Of a stretch of 64,000 bases of DNA, positions 35,680-47,070 are shown piece after piece. The notes under the pieces are model-generated. The model was given only the letters and a program-made list of their open reading frames with translations. It made no database searches and had not been told where the DNA came from. Location of the stretch: assembly GCF_009914755.1 (NCBI RefSeq), contig NC_060936.1; one strand, given 5' to 3'. Each line of letters begins with the position of its first letter. Position 1 is the stretch's first letter. The DNA comes from the human T2T-CHM13v2.0 reference genome, Homo sapiens. The position numbers and the translations under genes are program-made.

Positions 35680-35870
35680 GAGGCCTCTTCCTCCATGTGA
35701 GGACCCAGTGAGAATGGGCTGTGCCTAAGAACCAGAAAGTGAGCCCTTAGCAGGCACCAAATCTGCTGGCACCTGGATCCTGGACTTCTCAGCCTCCATA
35801 CTGTGAGAAATAAATATTTGTTGTTTGGAAACCACTCAGTCTATGGTATTTGTTATAGCAGCTTGAATGG
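35680..35870 (+). mobile_element. MaLR LTR 3' part (MLT1A-like)
   Basis: CCATGTGAGGAC...AAATCTGCTGGCACC...GGACTTC.CAGCCTCCA.ACTGTGAGAAATAAAT...CAGTCTATGGTATTTGTTATAGCAGC. Confidence 0.8.
35725..35800 (-). CDS. OVCH1: Candidate substitute last exon of OVCH1 inside the antisense MaLR LTR
   Basis: Acceptor tttctcacag| at 35800. Phase 0 gives YGG*; another frame gives MEAEKSRIQVPADLVPAKGSLSGS* (TAG 35727-35725), which I recall as the annotated C-terminus. Confidence 0.4.
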
Positions 35871-36166
35871 GGTGATAGCCTAGCTAACGGGGAAGCCAGG
35901 AGAGTAGCAACAGGGGTCTATATTCATTAGGTCCAAAATCTTTACAGAAATTGCATGGTTCATTGAAGTAAGATTGTGCGAGCTCACAAATAAATGCAAA
36001 TCCCTTCACTGTTATATAGAATTACACAGGCTCATTACAGAAATTCAGGTTGTCTCATTTGTAATCATTTGACACCTCTGAAATTTTGATTAATCTGAGC
36101 TTTTAAAGAGGAATGATGTTACCAGTTTGGAGAATATTAAAGAGTGAGAAAGAGAAAAGCAGTCCC

Positions 36167-36657
36167 TGACATACAGAGAACCTGGTCTGATGCTCGCAGC
36201 TGGACCATGTTATTTTCCTGTTGGACATACACTGTCTCACAGGACATCAACAGCAGACAGGGCGGTGCTAGTCTATGATAAGGTAAGACAAAAAACGGCT
36301 GTGTGCAACCACCAAAATACCACTCTCCTCCCTCTCTTGGCTAAAATGAGGAACTGCTACTGCTTTACCAGTTACAGTTTTATCCTTACTCTAGCCAGGC
36401 CTCCTTTTGACTGAGATAGCCATCGTAAAATTGCTCTACTTCCTGACAGAAACCAATTCAGAACAAAGTCCATTTCCTTAGACCCTCTCCAAAATTACCC
36501 AAAGCTCTACCTCTATTATAGGTTTTTCTAACACCTTCTTACTGAGATACCCCATGGTTTTCCATGGTGTGTATACTCCCTCTCTGCAATGAGTGCAAAA
36601 TGCAATTTGTTCAACTACAGGTACATTTCTAGGGTCTTTGGTGAAAGGGTATTGACA
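36167..36657 (+). mobile_element. ERV1 solo LTR, MER31/MER67-like
   Basis: TG...CA termini; 3' end TGCAATGAGT...TTGTTCAACTACAGGT...GGTCTTTGG...TTGACA. Confidence 0.55.
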
Positions 36658-37121
36658 GGAATTAGGGTTGAAGAGTATGGTGCTATGGAGACCCATGGTT
36701 CATCTTAAGGAAAACCAATAGCTTGAACTTATAAATCTTCCCCTCCTCCATACCCCAATTGCTTTATAATCTAATAAGAGCCATACTTACTGATAGGAAA
36801 GTTAGGCAACTTTGGAACTTCAAAGCAAAATTCTGAACTTAATGGTGTTATAAATCTGGAACTATCATAGGAGGGGTCAAGGTCCCTGGAAAAAGAAAGC
36901 ATCAAAATCCTCCTCTTGACCTCTGCAATAAATGGATTTTAATGGTGTCCTAAGTGGCAGAACTAAGAGGAAACTAGAGAAGTTGATGCAATACTCGATT
37001 ACAAAATGTTTCAAAAAGTTTCCCTCTATGAGTCAGTCTCATGATGGAATACTGCCAAATGCTCAAGCATGACAGACACTATGTGACCAATACATTTCTA
37101 AAGATTATTCAAGCTTGGTAA

Positions 37122-37192
37122 GTGAGTGTAGCTCACTGGTAGACAGGTGCCTCTCATGTACAAGGCCCTGAGTTTGACTCCCAGCACCTCCA
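37122..37192 (+). pseudogene. tRNA-Ala-derived retropseudogene (anticodon decayed, now CTC)
   Basis: GTGAGTGTAGCTCACTGGTAGA...CATGTACAAGGCCCTGAGTTTGACTCCCAGCACCTCCA with CpG-type decay; insert 37111-37228 flanked by TAAAGATTATTC at 37099-37110 and 37229-37240. Confidence 0.85.
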
Positions 37193-37698
37193 ACCATTAA
37201 TTTCTTAGTCCTCAGCACCACTCATCGGTAAAGATTATTCTGGCTAATGGAACTTTTCTCCACTTTAATTTATCTGAGGTCTAAAAAGGGCCATCTATAT
37301 TATGAGTATAAAACCTGATACTGGTAACACTGAGTAAATACATTTTCAAAAAAGTTACCATCTAAAAATGCCATTTAGGAAATAAAATCCTTTAAAACAT
37401 ATGGCATCTGGACAAAACCAAGAGTGCCAACTAATGGTTAAATGAGATAGGAATTTTTGTACTAAAAAGTCAAGACAAGCCAGGATTGGGAAGGAATAAA
37501 GATCCAGTGAGTGTGATCTCATACTCATCCAACTGTGCTCAATAATGCTATAGGATTCTAATGAAGGATCTGATGAGAAATCACTGACAACAAATGCTAT
37601 TGTTCCCAAGGCCAATGTAGGTCATGTTTTACATGTATATTCATTATATAAATACTTGGTGCCAGTTAGTGTAGGCCATTTAAGAAAGATAAATTTAC

Positions 37699-37922
37699 AA
37701 AGTAGAATTGATTGCTGATATGGTCTATCATAAATATTATATAATCCCAATCACAGTTCAAAGATTCTTCTGTTATAAAGTCTTTAATCATGGCCTTCAT
37801 TTTATTTACTGTTGTGGAATAAAAAGTCCAAGTGTAATTCAGCATGTTGAGTTAACTGTTAGGATAATCAAGAGATGTGATCTCAACAGAAGTCACTGGA
37901 ATCAAATCCAATACTGGACATC
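37699..37922 (-). pseudogene. OVCH1: Decayed OVCH1 exon: CUB5 N-terminal half
   Basis: ag|GCPVLDLIPVTSVEITSLDYPNS*LNMLNYTWTFYSTTVNKMKAMIKDFITEESLNCDWDYI[-1]IYDRPYQQSILL|gt; TAA 37854-37852; 224 nt versus 225 nt for the paralogous live CUB3 exon. Confidence 0.92.
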
Positions 37923-38424
37923 CTTGAGACAAAGAGAAAAAATATACAATAATCAAAAAGAGAAGTTACTTGAATCTAATTGGAATGTCTACAAGTAGGT
38001 CATTAAAACCTAAACTGTAGCATACTTTATTAATTCCTATCATTGCTTCTTGGTATCCACAGATCCTTACTTATGTTTAAATGACTTCTGTTTGGAAAAA
38101 CGGACCCCCACTTCAAAAGCAAACAGCCTGAATTATTTGACCTTAAATCACAAACTGTAAATCCATTAAGTCACACCACGTCTACATTTCAATTTATTTT
38201 TGTCACTCCTATTTCATACATGATCTTATTTAGGTTTCACAATCATAAGATACAGGTATTATTATCTTCAGTCTAGAGGTGTGTGAATTGACACTTGATA
38301 TTCAAGAGATGTGACCTAAGATCTTTAGGACTTCTCTAAATTTGCAAATGCCATAGTAATATTTCACTTCCCCCATAACTGCATAAAACATAATATCATT
38401 TATGAAATAGCATTAGCACTATTT

Positions 38425-39130
38425 TTGTGCTGGTTGGCCCCCTGCCAGGAGGTGGCATTTTCCAGAGAGCACCAGCTGTGGTCGAATGGGGAGGAACAGG
38501 TGATAGGCGGGCCCCTAGAACTCCCAAGAGTATATGCCCTCTGCAGTGACCAAGGTGGGTAGGGAAGGACCATTAGGTGGGGGCAGGGCTAAGTGTGTCT
38601 GAGCTCAGACTCTCCTTGGCCAGGTCTTGCTACAGCTGCTGTGGGAGATTGGGGTGAGGTTCCCAGGTCAATGGAGTTACATTCCTAGGAGGATTATGAC
38701 TGTCTCTGCTGTGTCATGCAGGTTTTCAGGGAAACTGGGGGAGAGCTGACAGTCACAGACCTCACCCAGCTCCACACAATCCAAAGGGCTTGTCTCACTT
38801 CCACCATGCCCTCTCCAAAAGCACTGAGTCTGTTTCCAGGCAGTGGGTGAGCAGAGCTGGAGAATTTGTCCCAGGCTACCCACCTCCCAGCTGCGAAATC
38901 AAGTATGGCTTTCCTTCTATTCCTGCCTGTGGAGTCTGCACACCAGATTAACACCCTCCCTTGAGTTCTGGCCAGGAGGCTTCTTGATCAGTTCAAATTG
39001 TTACAAAGTTCAGTTGGAGAGTTCCTTCTCCATGTGGCCTTTTCCCAGTACCTCTAGCTGCCCTCCCAGAGTACCCCTGTGAGTCCAGGCAGAAACGGTT
39101 TGCTAAGGCACCAAGCAATCTCCCAAGGCT
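38425..39130 (-). mobile_element. Fragment of an older L1 5' region (L1PB/L1M type)
   Basis: GC-richer block with motifs recognised from old L1 5' UTRs; no genic features. Confidence 0.55.
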
Positions 39131-39303
39131 ATGATTGTATTTAATTTTTCCTCTCATGGAATATAGAATAAGAACATTCAGGGTCAATACACCCAATTAA
39201 ACTTTTATAACATATTTCTTTATTCTGATTATAAAAGCAATGCATATATGCTCATTATAGAAAGTTTCAAAAATAGAGTCCAAAGGAGGAGATAAAAAGT
39301 TGT

Positions 39304-39592
39304 GTTGGGTATGGTGGTTCACGCCTGTAATTCCAGCACTTTGGGAGTCCATGGCAGGAAGATTGCTTGAGCCCAGGAGGTTGAGACCAACCTGGGTAAC
39401 AGCAAGACCTCGTCTCTACCAAAAAAAACAAAAGTGCTAGCCAGGTATGGTGGTGTGTACTTGTGATCCCAGCTACTTGGGAGGCTGAGGTGGGAGGTTC
39501 ACTTGAGCCTGGGAGGTTGAGGCTGCGGTGAACCATGATCACACCACTGCACTGCAGCCTGAACAGAGCAAGACCCTGTCTCAAAAAAAAAA
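39304..39592 (+). mobile_element. AluJ
   Basis: Diverged Alu dimer with A tail. Confidence 0.9.
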
Positions 39593-40129
39593 TCCTCCTA
39601 TAGTCCCTCCTTTAAGCAACCAATATTCATGTTTTAATGTAAATCTTGCAAAGTCTTTCTATGCTGTATATGTTTAAAAAATTGTATTCCATTTTATACC
39701 ATTACAACATTTTCCCCCTAATTTATTGTGACCATTTTTCCATGCTACTAACTACCTCATATAAATTATAATGGCTCTATATTTCTTATTCACATAGACA
39801 TATCATAATTTCTCATAGCATGTTTTATCTGCAATCTTAAGAACACAAAATGAGTCAGATCTTGAATAAACCTCACACATGGGGTATATAAATCTATTAT
39901 AATTCTTCTGTCACGAAAAACATGTCTACATTAAAGGTTTTCTATGTTTATCTGAAAAACAGAATGAATATATGTAATAAGAGTCTCTTACCGGAGTTAA
40001 CCCCTACTCATACATTAGCTCTCAGGCAGGAGGATTCGCCTAAGCAAAATAGACAAATTTGTTAACCCATTCATCAGCTAAGGAGCTACCTCCTTATTTT
40101 CCACTCCTACTCTGCCTTAGCTGAAATGT

Positions 40130-41210
40130 CATTACCTTTATTCAAATAAACAATTCTTGAGTACTATTTACCACGCATAGTTATAGGTTTCAGGGATATA
40201 GCAGAGGGCATGCTTGCTGAGGAACAGCAGCAAGGTTGGCATGGCTGGGTATGAAGTGAGCACTGGGAAAAGTAGCAGGGGAAGACATCAAAGGGATAGT
40301 CAAGAGCCAGATCCTATAGCATCTTGTAGGCACTATAAGGACTTTTACTATGAATGAGTTAGGAAAACATTGGATTATAAACATGATCTCAGTTACTCAT
40401 TTTAAAATGATCACTTTGGCTATTACACATAAAACTGGCTAAAGGAAGGCTGTACCAAAATATTATGGTGGAATTGTTCAGAAGTAGTAGCATTCTAGCT
40501 CTATTTTACTGAAAGACCTACTGATGAGCTATACTTGATGTGGAATGTGAGAAATCAAGGTGGACCAAGTTTAATGGCCTGAGTAATTAATTAGCAAAAT
40601 GGAGTTGCTATCTACTAAGGTGGGAAAGATTGGTGGAGGAAGAGCTTGGAGGCAGGGGTAGGAAATCAAGGGTTCAATTTTGGTCATGTTAAGTTCGAGA
40701 TTCTTATTAGATAGCCAAGTGGAAGGGGAGACACTTGGATATACAGTGCTAGTGTTCAATAAAGAAGCTGGGACTGGATATATAAATTTGGAAGTTATCA
40801 CTGTATAGATGGTATTTAAAGCTAGAGAATGGGTGAGATCACTAAGGAAGGAGTATAGGTAAAGAAAGGAAGAGAGTCAAAGACTGGGTCCTGGGATACC
40901 TCAACTGACAGTGATAGAGAAAATGAGGAAAAACCAGCCAAGACTCTGAAGGAGACCAGTGAGCTCTCCTTTTTTGGAGACCAAAACAAGTGAGATTTGA
41001 GGAGGGAGAGCTCGTCTGTGTCATGACTGAGAAGGGACTACCAAATCTGGACTTGTGGAAGTCATTGATAGCTTCAGCAAGAACAATGTCCATGAAATGG
41101 TAGGAAAAAAATAAAGCCATATGAGGATAAATTCAAGAAAAACGAGAGGGCAAAAGGGGAGACAGTGAGTATAAATAACTTCCATGGAGTCTTGCTAAAA
41201 AAAAGAGAAA
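40130..41210 (-). mobile_element. L2 fragments
   Basis: Typical L2 motifs (TTCAATTTTGGTCATGTTAAGTTCGAGAT, AATTTGGAAGTTATCA..ATAGATGGTATTTAAAGC). Confidence 0.7.
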
Positions 41211-41309
41211 TCCAAGTTTTCCTTGATTCCCTTCCCTGTCCTCCATCGAAGTAAACAAGCTTCCTCTGTTATATATTTTTGTTGCACACTGTATTTTTTT
41301 CTTTATAAC

Positions 41310-41673
41310 TGATATGGTTTTGCTGTTTCCACACCCAAATCTCACCTTGAATTGTAGCTTCCATAATCCTCATGTGTCTGGGGAGGGACCCGGTAGGAGG
41401 TAATTGAATCATGGGGGTGGGCTTTTCCCATGTTGTTCTCGTGATTATGAATAAGTCTCACAAGATCTGATGGTTTTATAAAAGGCAGTTCCCCAGCACA
41501 CGCTCTCTTGCCTGCTGCCACATAAGACGTGCCTTTACTCCTCTTTCACCTTCCGCCATGATTATGAGGCCTCTCAAGCTGTGTGGAACTGTGAGTCCAT
41601 TAACCCTCTTTTTCTTTATAAATTACCCAGTCTCAGGTATTTCTTCATAGCAGTATGAAAATGGACTAATACA
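41310..41673 (+). mobile_element. THE1 (MaLR) solo LTR
   Basis: TGATATGGTTT...GGACTAATACA, 364 bp; 5-bp flanks ATAAC/GTAAC. Confidence 0.92.
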
Positions 41674-41894
41674 GTAACTTAATATACTATATATTTTTAT
41701 ATGATTATTGACGATCTCCATTACTAGACTGTAAGTGCTACTATGGCAGGGACTGTCTTGTTCATTGCTCAATCTTCATTTCTTTGAATAGTGCCTGGCA
41801 TATTCCTACAACAATTTGTTGGTGGTCTGAATAATTCTCGGTTTAAATGTGAGATTTTTTTCTATTTTATGTTAGTCCCTTATGATATACTTAC

Positions 41895-41957
41895 ATAACT
41901 TAAATTTGATGCAAATTTCTTCTGTTTTCTTTTTCCAACACTTCTTACATTATCATA
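41895..41957 (-). CDS. OVCH1: Candidate substitute OVCH1 exon (YDNVRSVGKRKQKKFASNLSY)
   Basis: ttttag|63 nt open, phase 0-0|gtaagt; no CUB or protease similarity; matches my recollection of the annotated human C-terminal tail. Confidence 0.5.
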
Positions 41958-42201
41958 CTAAAATTAAGTAAAATGTTTTTAATGGAAATGCCTCCCAAAC
42001 TGTATTTCAATTAACATGTCCAAAAAAAAAGAAACAAAAGGTAAAATGGGCAGTAAAGCAAAGCCTGCTGGCTGATTAAAAAAAAATGAGTGTGAATGGA
42101 TTAATCTTAAGTACTGAGGGAATTCTAATAAATATTCAGAATTAAATATAATGGCAAATGTTTCTCTATGATATCCGATTTCTATAATTTGCAATAGTTA
42201 C

Positions 42202-42282
42202 CCGTTTTCATAATGCTATTAGTGCCTTTGCTCAAACCACAGGATGACGGACAAAGCGTATCTTTCAAAAATCTGGTTACAA
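42202..42282 (-). pseudogene. OVCH1: Probable orphaned CUB4-CUB5 linker exon
   Basis: ttag|VVTRFLKDTLCPSSCGLSKGTNSIMKT G|gtaac; 81 nt, open, phase 1-1, correct position; no domain motif to confirm it. Confidence 0.45.
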
Positions 42283-42734
42283 CTAACACATATGAACTAA
42301 TCAAACAAGTAAAGAAAAAAAGGACAAATTATTCTTGATATTAGTACATTCAGGAAGTGAATTCCAAAAGAGAAAAGCTACTTGAAACTTCTTTGCTAGG
42401 GATAAAAATTTCTGACTGTATTGTCGCAATATTCCAAGTATCCAGAAAAATAAAGAGTATGCTTAGGTGTTAAAAAAAATCTGCTCAATCTTGTACTTCA
42501 TACAGGTTTAGCATGAGGCCTCCACAGATTACAGAAGTCAGAATTTTAAATATTATATTTTTGTCCTTTCCTAAAGCTGACAAATGAAACAAAGAATTAC
42601 AATCTATTAATTTACTTATTCGATAACAAAATTTTCCCAATAAAGCACAATAAATTGAACAAAAACATACATATGGAACAAAAGAAGCACAAGAAATTGA
42701 ACAAAAACAACAAATAGGGAAAAAATGGACTTAC

Positions 42735-42844
42735 CAGAAATACAAAAAGAGTCTCTCAGAGAAAACTCTTCATGGCCAAAATGACATTATATGTGAAAAT
42801 CGTAAGAGATTTTCATAAAAGTGAATCTCTTTCACATAATTTAC
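42735..42844 (-). pseudogene. OVCH1: Decayed OVCH1 exon: CUB4 C-terminal half
   Basis: ag|GKLCERDSLL*KSLTIFTYN[fs]HFGHEEFSLRDSFCIS G|gtaagt; TGA 42815-42813; 110 nt. Confidence 0.8.
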
Positions 42845-43351
42845 CTTGTCCCCAACAACAAAAAAAACCTTACTATTCATCAAGACAAAGATTATTGAGC
42901 AAAGTAAAAAATTCTTATGTTTGAAATTATAAATTTCTGCTATATCAATATAAAAATGGGAAAAATAACTGAATAAAAGCCAATTAGAATAGAGAGCTGG
43001 ATGTTCCCTATTCCTGAGTCTAAGCAGTTTTAAGACAGTAGTTCTAAATCAACTAGGACATAATGCCCAGTTCTTATGATGTCGGAATAACTTAGGTACA
43101 TCTTTTAAAAACTATATGTTGTAAGAAAAGGTGACATGGTCTAAGACTGGGTCCTCAGGGAACTAAAAAGTTATTGCTGTCACCAAACTGAAATATAATA
43201 TTTTTAGCAAGTATATTTGAGCTTTAGCTACATATAACCTTCATTTATCCACAGTGGCCAAATTTATAACAGGCAAGTTGCAGTAATTGCCACACAAGTC
43301 AAACCCATTAGTTGGTCAAAATGAAACATTTTAGACAGTATTTCTTAGAAC

Positions 43352-43793
<442 letters not shown>

Positions 43794-44652
43794 AGGCCCC
43801 GTGACTTAAAAAGGGTATTGGTAATAGCAGTTTCCTTCAACCTCCCACTACCCTAAGATTTCTAAAGCACCCCTCAGAAGATGATGTAATCTCATCTGGT
43901 TCCCTTTCTTGTGAGGCAGGCTGCTAAATGGTTTGAATACTGTCATGAAGCTCCCTGTAACTGCTCCACTATGAATCCATTTCAGCTTGTAGAACAAGAC
44001 ATATTTTTCCTCCTTCTTTTCCCTATTTATAGCCTTAAAATTAGAAATGTTTATTTATTCACTGGGAAAAATTTAGAGAATTTCAAAAAAAATTACTCAT
44101 AATCTTATAAAGATGTCCAATTAAACATATTGATCTTTTTAGACCTGTATTTCATTTACTTTTTAAACAAATTTGAATTATATAGTTCATCCTGATTTTC
44201 TCACTCAATATGACAGGTGTTTTATTTTAAAAATTATGTGACAATATTTTATTTAATGGCTGCATAAATTTATAATTTATATTATATTTTTGTTAATTAT
44301 TTAGACTAAGATTTAGACTATTTTCCATTTTGGCCACTATAAAAATGCTGAATGAATCTAGTGTGTTAACATCTCTGCACATACATAAAGCTTATTTTAA
44401 TAATATAAGTATAGCTAAAAGTTGAGACACCCAGTACAACTTTATGAACTTAGTTTTGAAAAATATTTCTCTAGAAAACATACTCCAAGTTATACCTCAG
44501 TGAGATGAAAATACATTATATAACATTTGACAAGTATAATCATTCTTCAAAATTGTTGTCAATTTAGCAGTTAAATTTTCTCATTTGTTTTAAAAAGGCC
44601 AAATATTATATTTTTTATGTATTTGTCTATAAATTTCTCACTCAGCTCATTT

Positions 44653-45416
44653 TGTGTCCAGAATTTATTCCTTCTAGTGGGTTCTTGGTCTTGCTGACTT
44701 CAAGAATGAAGCCGCAGACATTTGCGGCGAGTGTTACAGCTCTTAAAGATGGCGTGTCTAGAGTTTGTTCCTTCAGATGTGTCCAGAGTTTCTTCCTTCC
44801 GGTGGGTTCATGGTCTTGCTGACTTCAGGAGTGAAGCCGCAGACCTTCACAGTTGAGTGTTACAGCTCTTAAAAGTGGCGCATCCAGAGTTGTTTGTTCC
44901 TCCGGGTGGGTTTGTGGTCTCACTGACTGCAGGAGTGAAGCTGCAGACCCTCGTGGTGAGTGTTACAGCTCATAGAGGTAGTGCGGACCCAAAGAGTGAG
45001 CAGCAGCAAGATTTATTGTGAAGAGCGAAAGAACAAAGCTTCCACAGCATGGAAAGGGACCCAAGCGGGTTGCTGCTGCTGGCCCCGGTGGCCAGCTTTT
45101 ATTCCCTTATCTGGCCCCGCCCACATCCTGCTGATTGGTCCATTTTACAGAGTGCTGACTGGTCCGTTTTTACAGAGTGCTGATTGGTGCATTTACAAAC
45201 CTTTAGCTCGATACAGAGCGCTGATTGGTGCATTTTTACAGAGTGCTCATTGGTGCGTTTACAAACCTTTAGCTAGACACAGTGTGCTGATTGGTGCATT
45301 TACAAACCTTTAGCTAGACACAGAACGCCAACTGGTGTGTTTAGAATCCTTTAGCTAGACAGAAAAGTTCTCCAAGTCCCCACCCAATCCAGAAGCCCAG
45401 CTGGCTTCACCTCTTA
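44653..45416 (-). mobile_element. LTR12 (ERV9) solo LTR, same orientation as OVCH1
   Basis: Minus strand begins (T)AAGAGGTGAAGCCAGCTGGGCTTCTGG; tandem CCAAT-containing repeats 45130-45350; U5 repeats; 4-bp TSD ATTT. Confidence 0.95.
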
Positions 45417-47070
45417 ATTTGTCATTTTTAAAAGTAGGGTATGTCATGGACAACAGTGATTCTGAATTGTAATATGGAATTGGTTAGACCCTTATTTATT
45501 GTACTTAATAATTTTTTCATATTATGAATCCCCTAATTCTAAAGAAAATCCCTCAGTGTTTTATACTCGAGTTAACTAGAGGTAGATCAAGATGGTCATA
45601 GTCATGGGTGAATTATCATAAGGGTGATAATTTGCTTCAAAACTATCTCTAAGTTTAACTGATCATACACAATATGTTCTGAAACAAACATTCTAGTAAA
45701 TGTAGTTTGCTGTAACACTCATAGTTTTCAAGGTTTCAAATCAAGGATCCTAAGAACTAGTATGCTTTCCATGATTACAGGAAAACTCTGCCCTCTTTAG
45801 TAAAGAGATGGCCAGAGGATCAATTTCATTGTGACAAGAAACAAGAGATTTAATTTAGATTGTGTAGTAACTGGTATGTAAATATTCAGTAACCTTTCTT
45901 ATCTATCAAAAGAGGCTAATGGTTAATCCTGTGTTTTGTGTTCTCAAAAGCACTTGGGTCAACAGTGTGTCATTCTTTTGAAAAATAAGTGGAAAACAGA
46001 AGGCACAGGACCTCTGGTTTAACTTTAATCAAGACTAAGTCAAAGGTATCTAGGGTCTATAAATTTATTTTACAGATTTTAGCTTTTCTATTATTGATCT
46101 GTAAACACTTCTTATATTAATTACTTCAGACTTTTCTCAGCATAGTTGAAAATCCCATGTATTTGCTTTTTAGTTTTGTTTCTGTGGATGCAGAAGAGTT
46201 TTTAATTACACAGGAACTTATTAATTTGTTTTCTTCTACTACTTTTATATGAGAAAGTCCTTCTCCATATGGTTAACTACCAATATTTTCCACTTTTAAT
46301 GCCTTAGGTAAACTAACTCCTTTATCAGCTACTGTATGATGTGAAGAATAATTTTATACATTTTCTGAGTGGTAATGCCAAATTAACCACATACAATGGT
46401 CTTAAATTTTCTAGGGCCCCTTCTAATCTATTTTCAATCACATGTTTCTTCTGATAGTTTTAATTACCATGGTTTTAGAGTATACTTTAATATCTGATAG
46501 AGCAATTCTACCTTAACCATTTGGCCATTCTTTCCCCAAGAGATTTTCAACTAGTGCTATTTACTTTACAAGATAAACTTCGGAGTTAATTTCCTCTTCA
46601 TCCCTCCAGAAAAAAAAAATTCCATTGGGATTTAGTTGGAAAATATATTTTTAAATTAATTTGTGTTGAATTAATATGAGTTATATCTTTCAGTTTTGGA
46701 ACATGGTACTTTTATCTATGCAAATCTTTGTGTGTTTGTATGTATTTGTGTGCCACACAGGCACCTTAATAAAGTTTCATAGTTTGAATAATAAATCTCA
46801 AATTTTAGGGTTATTCCTAGTTATTGTATGGCTTTTATTACTAAATGTAATTGAAGTAATTTTTCCATTATATCTTCTACATTTTACTGCTATGGTTTTA
46901 AGATTACAATTGCTATATAATTTGTATCTATTTTTTCTCATTTACAGTAGAAAATCTTAATATATAATACATTTTAATATTCAATTTTCCTTGTGTTCTT
47001 GGGATAAATCCTATTTGGTTCTGTCAAATGTTCATCAAATAATCTGCTGAGGTCAAGCATTGACTTAACC

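Noticed and set aside
37122-37192. Functional tRNA gene (CTC anticodon would read Glu)
   Set aside because: Acceptor stem, D arm and B box (GTTTGA for GTTCGA) are decayed, and it sits within a TSD.
37355-37615. ORF ending ...CPDAICFKGFYFL, superficially like a CUB C-terminus
   Set aside because: No matching splice sites or other CUB residues; the true CUB5 second half is at 31278-31449.
42480-42580. Acceptor-like site with an open frame ALGKDKNIIFKILTSVICGGLML...
   Set aside because: No donor before the stop and no domain similarity; the CUB4 continuation is better explained by 42735-42844.
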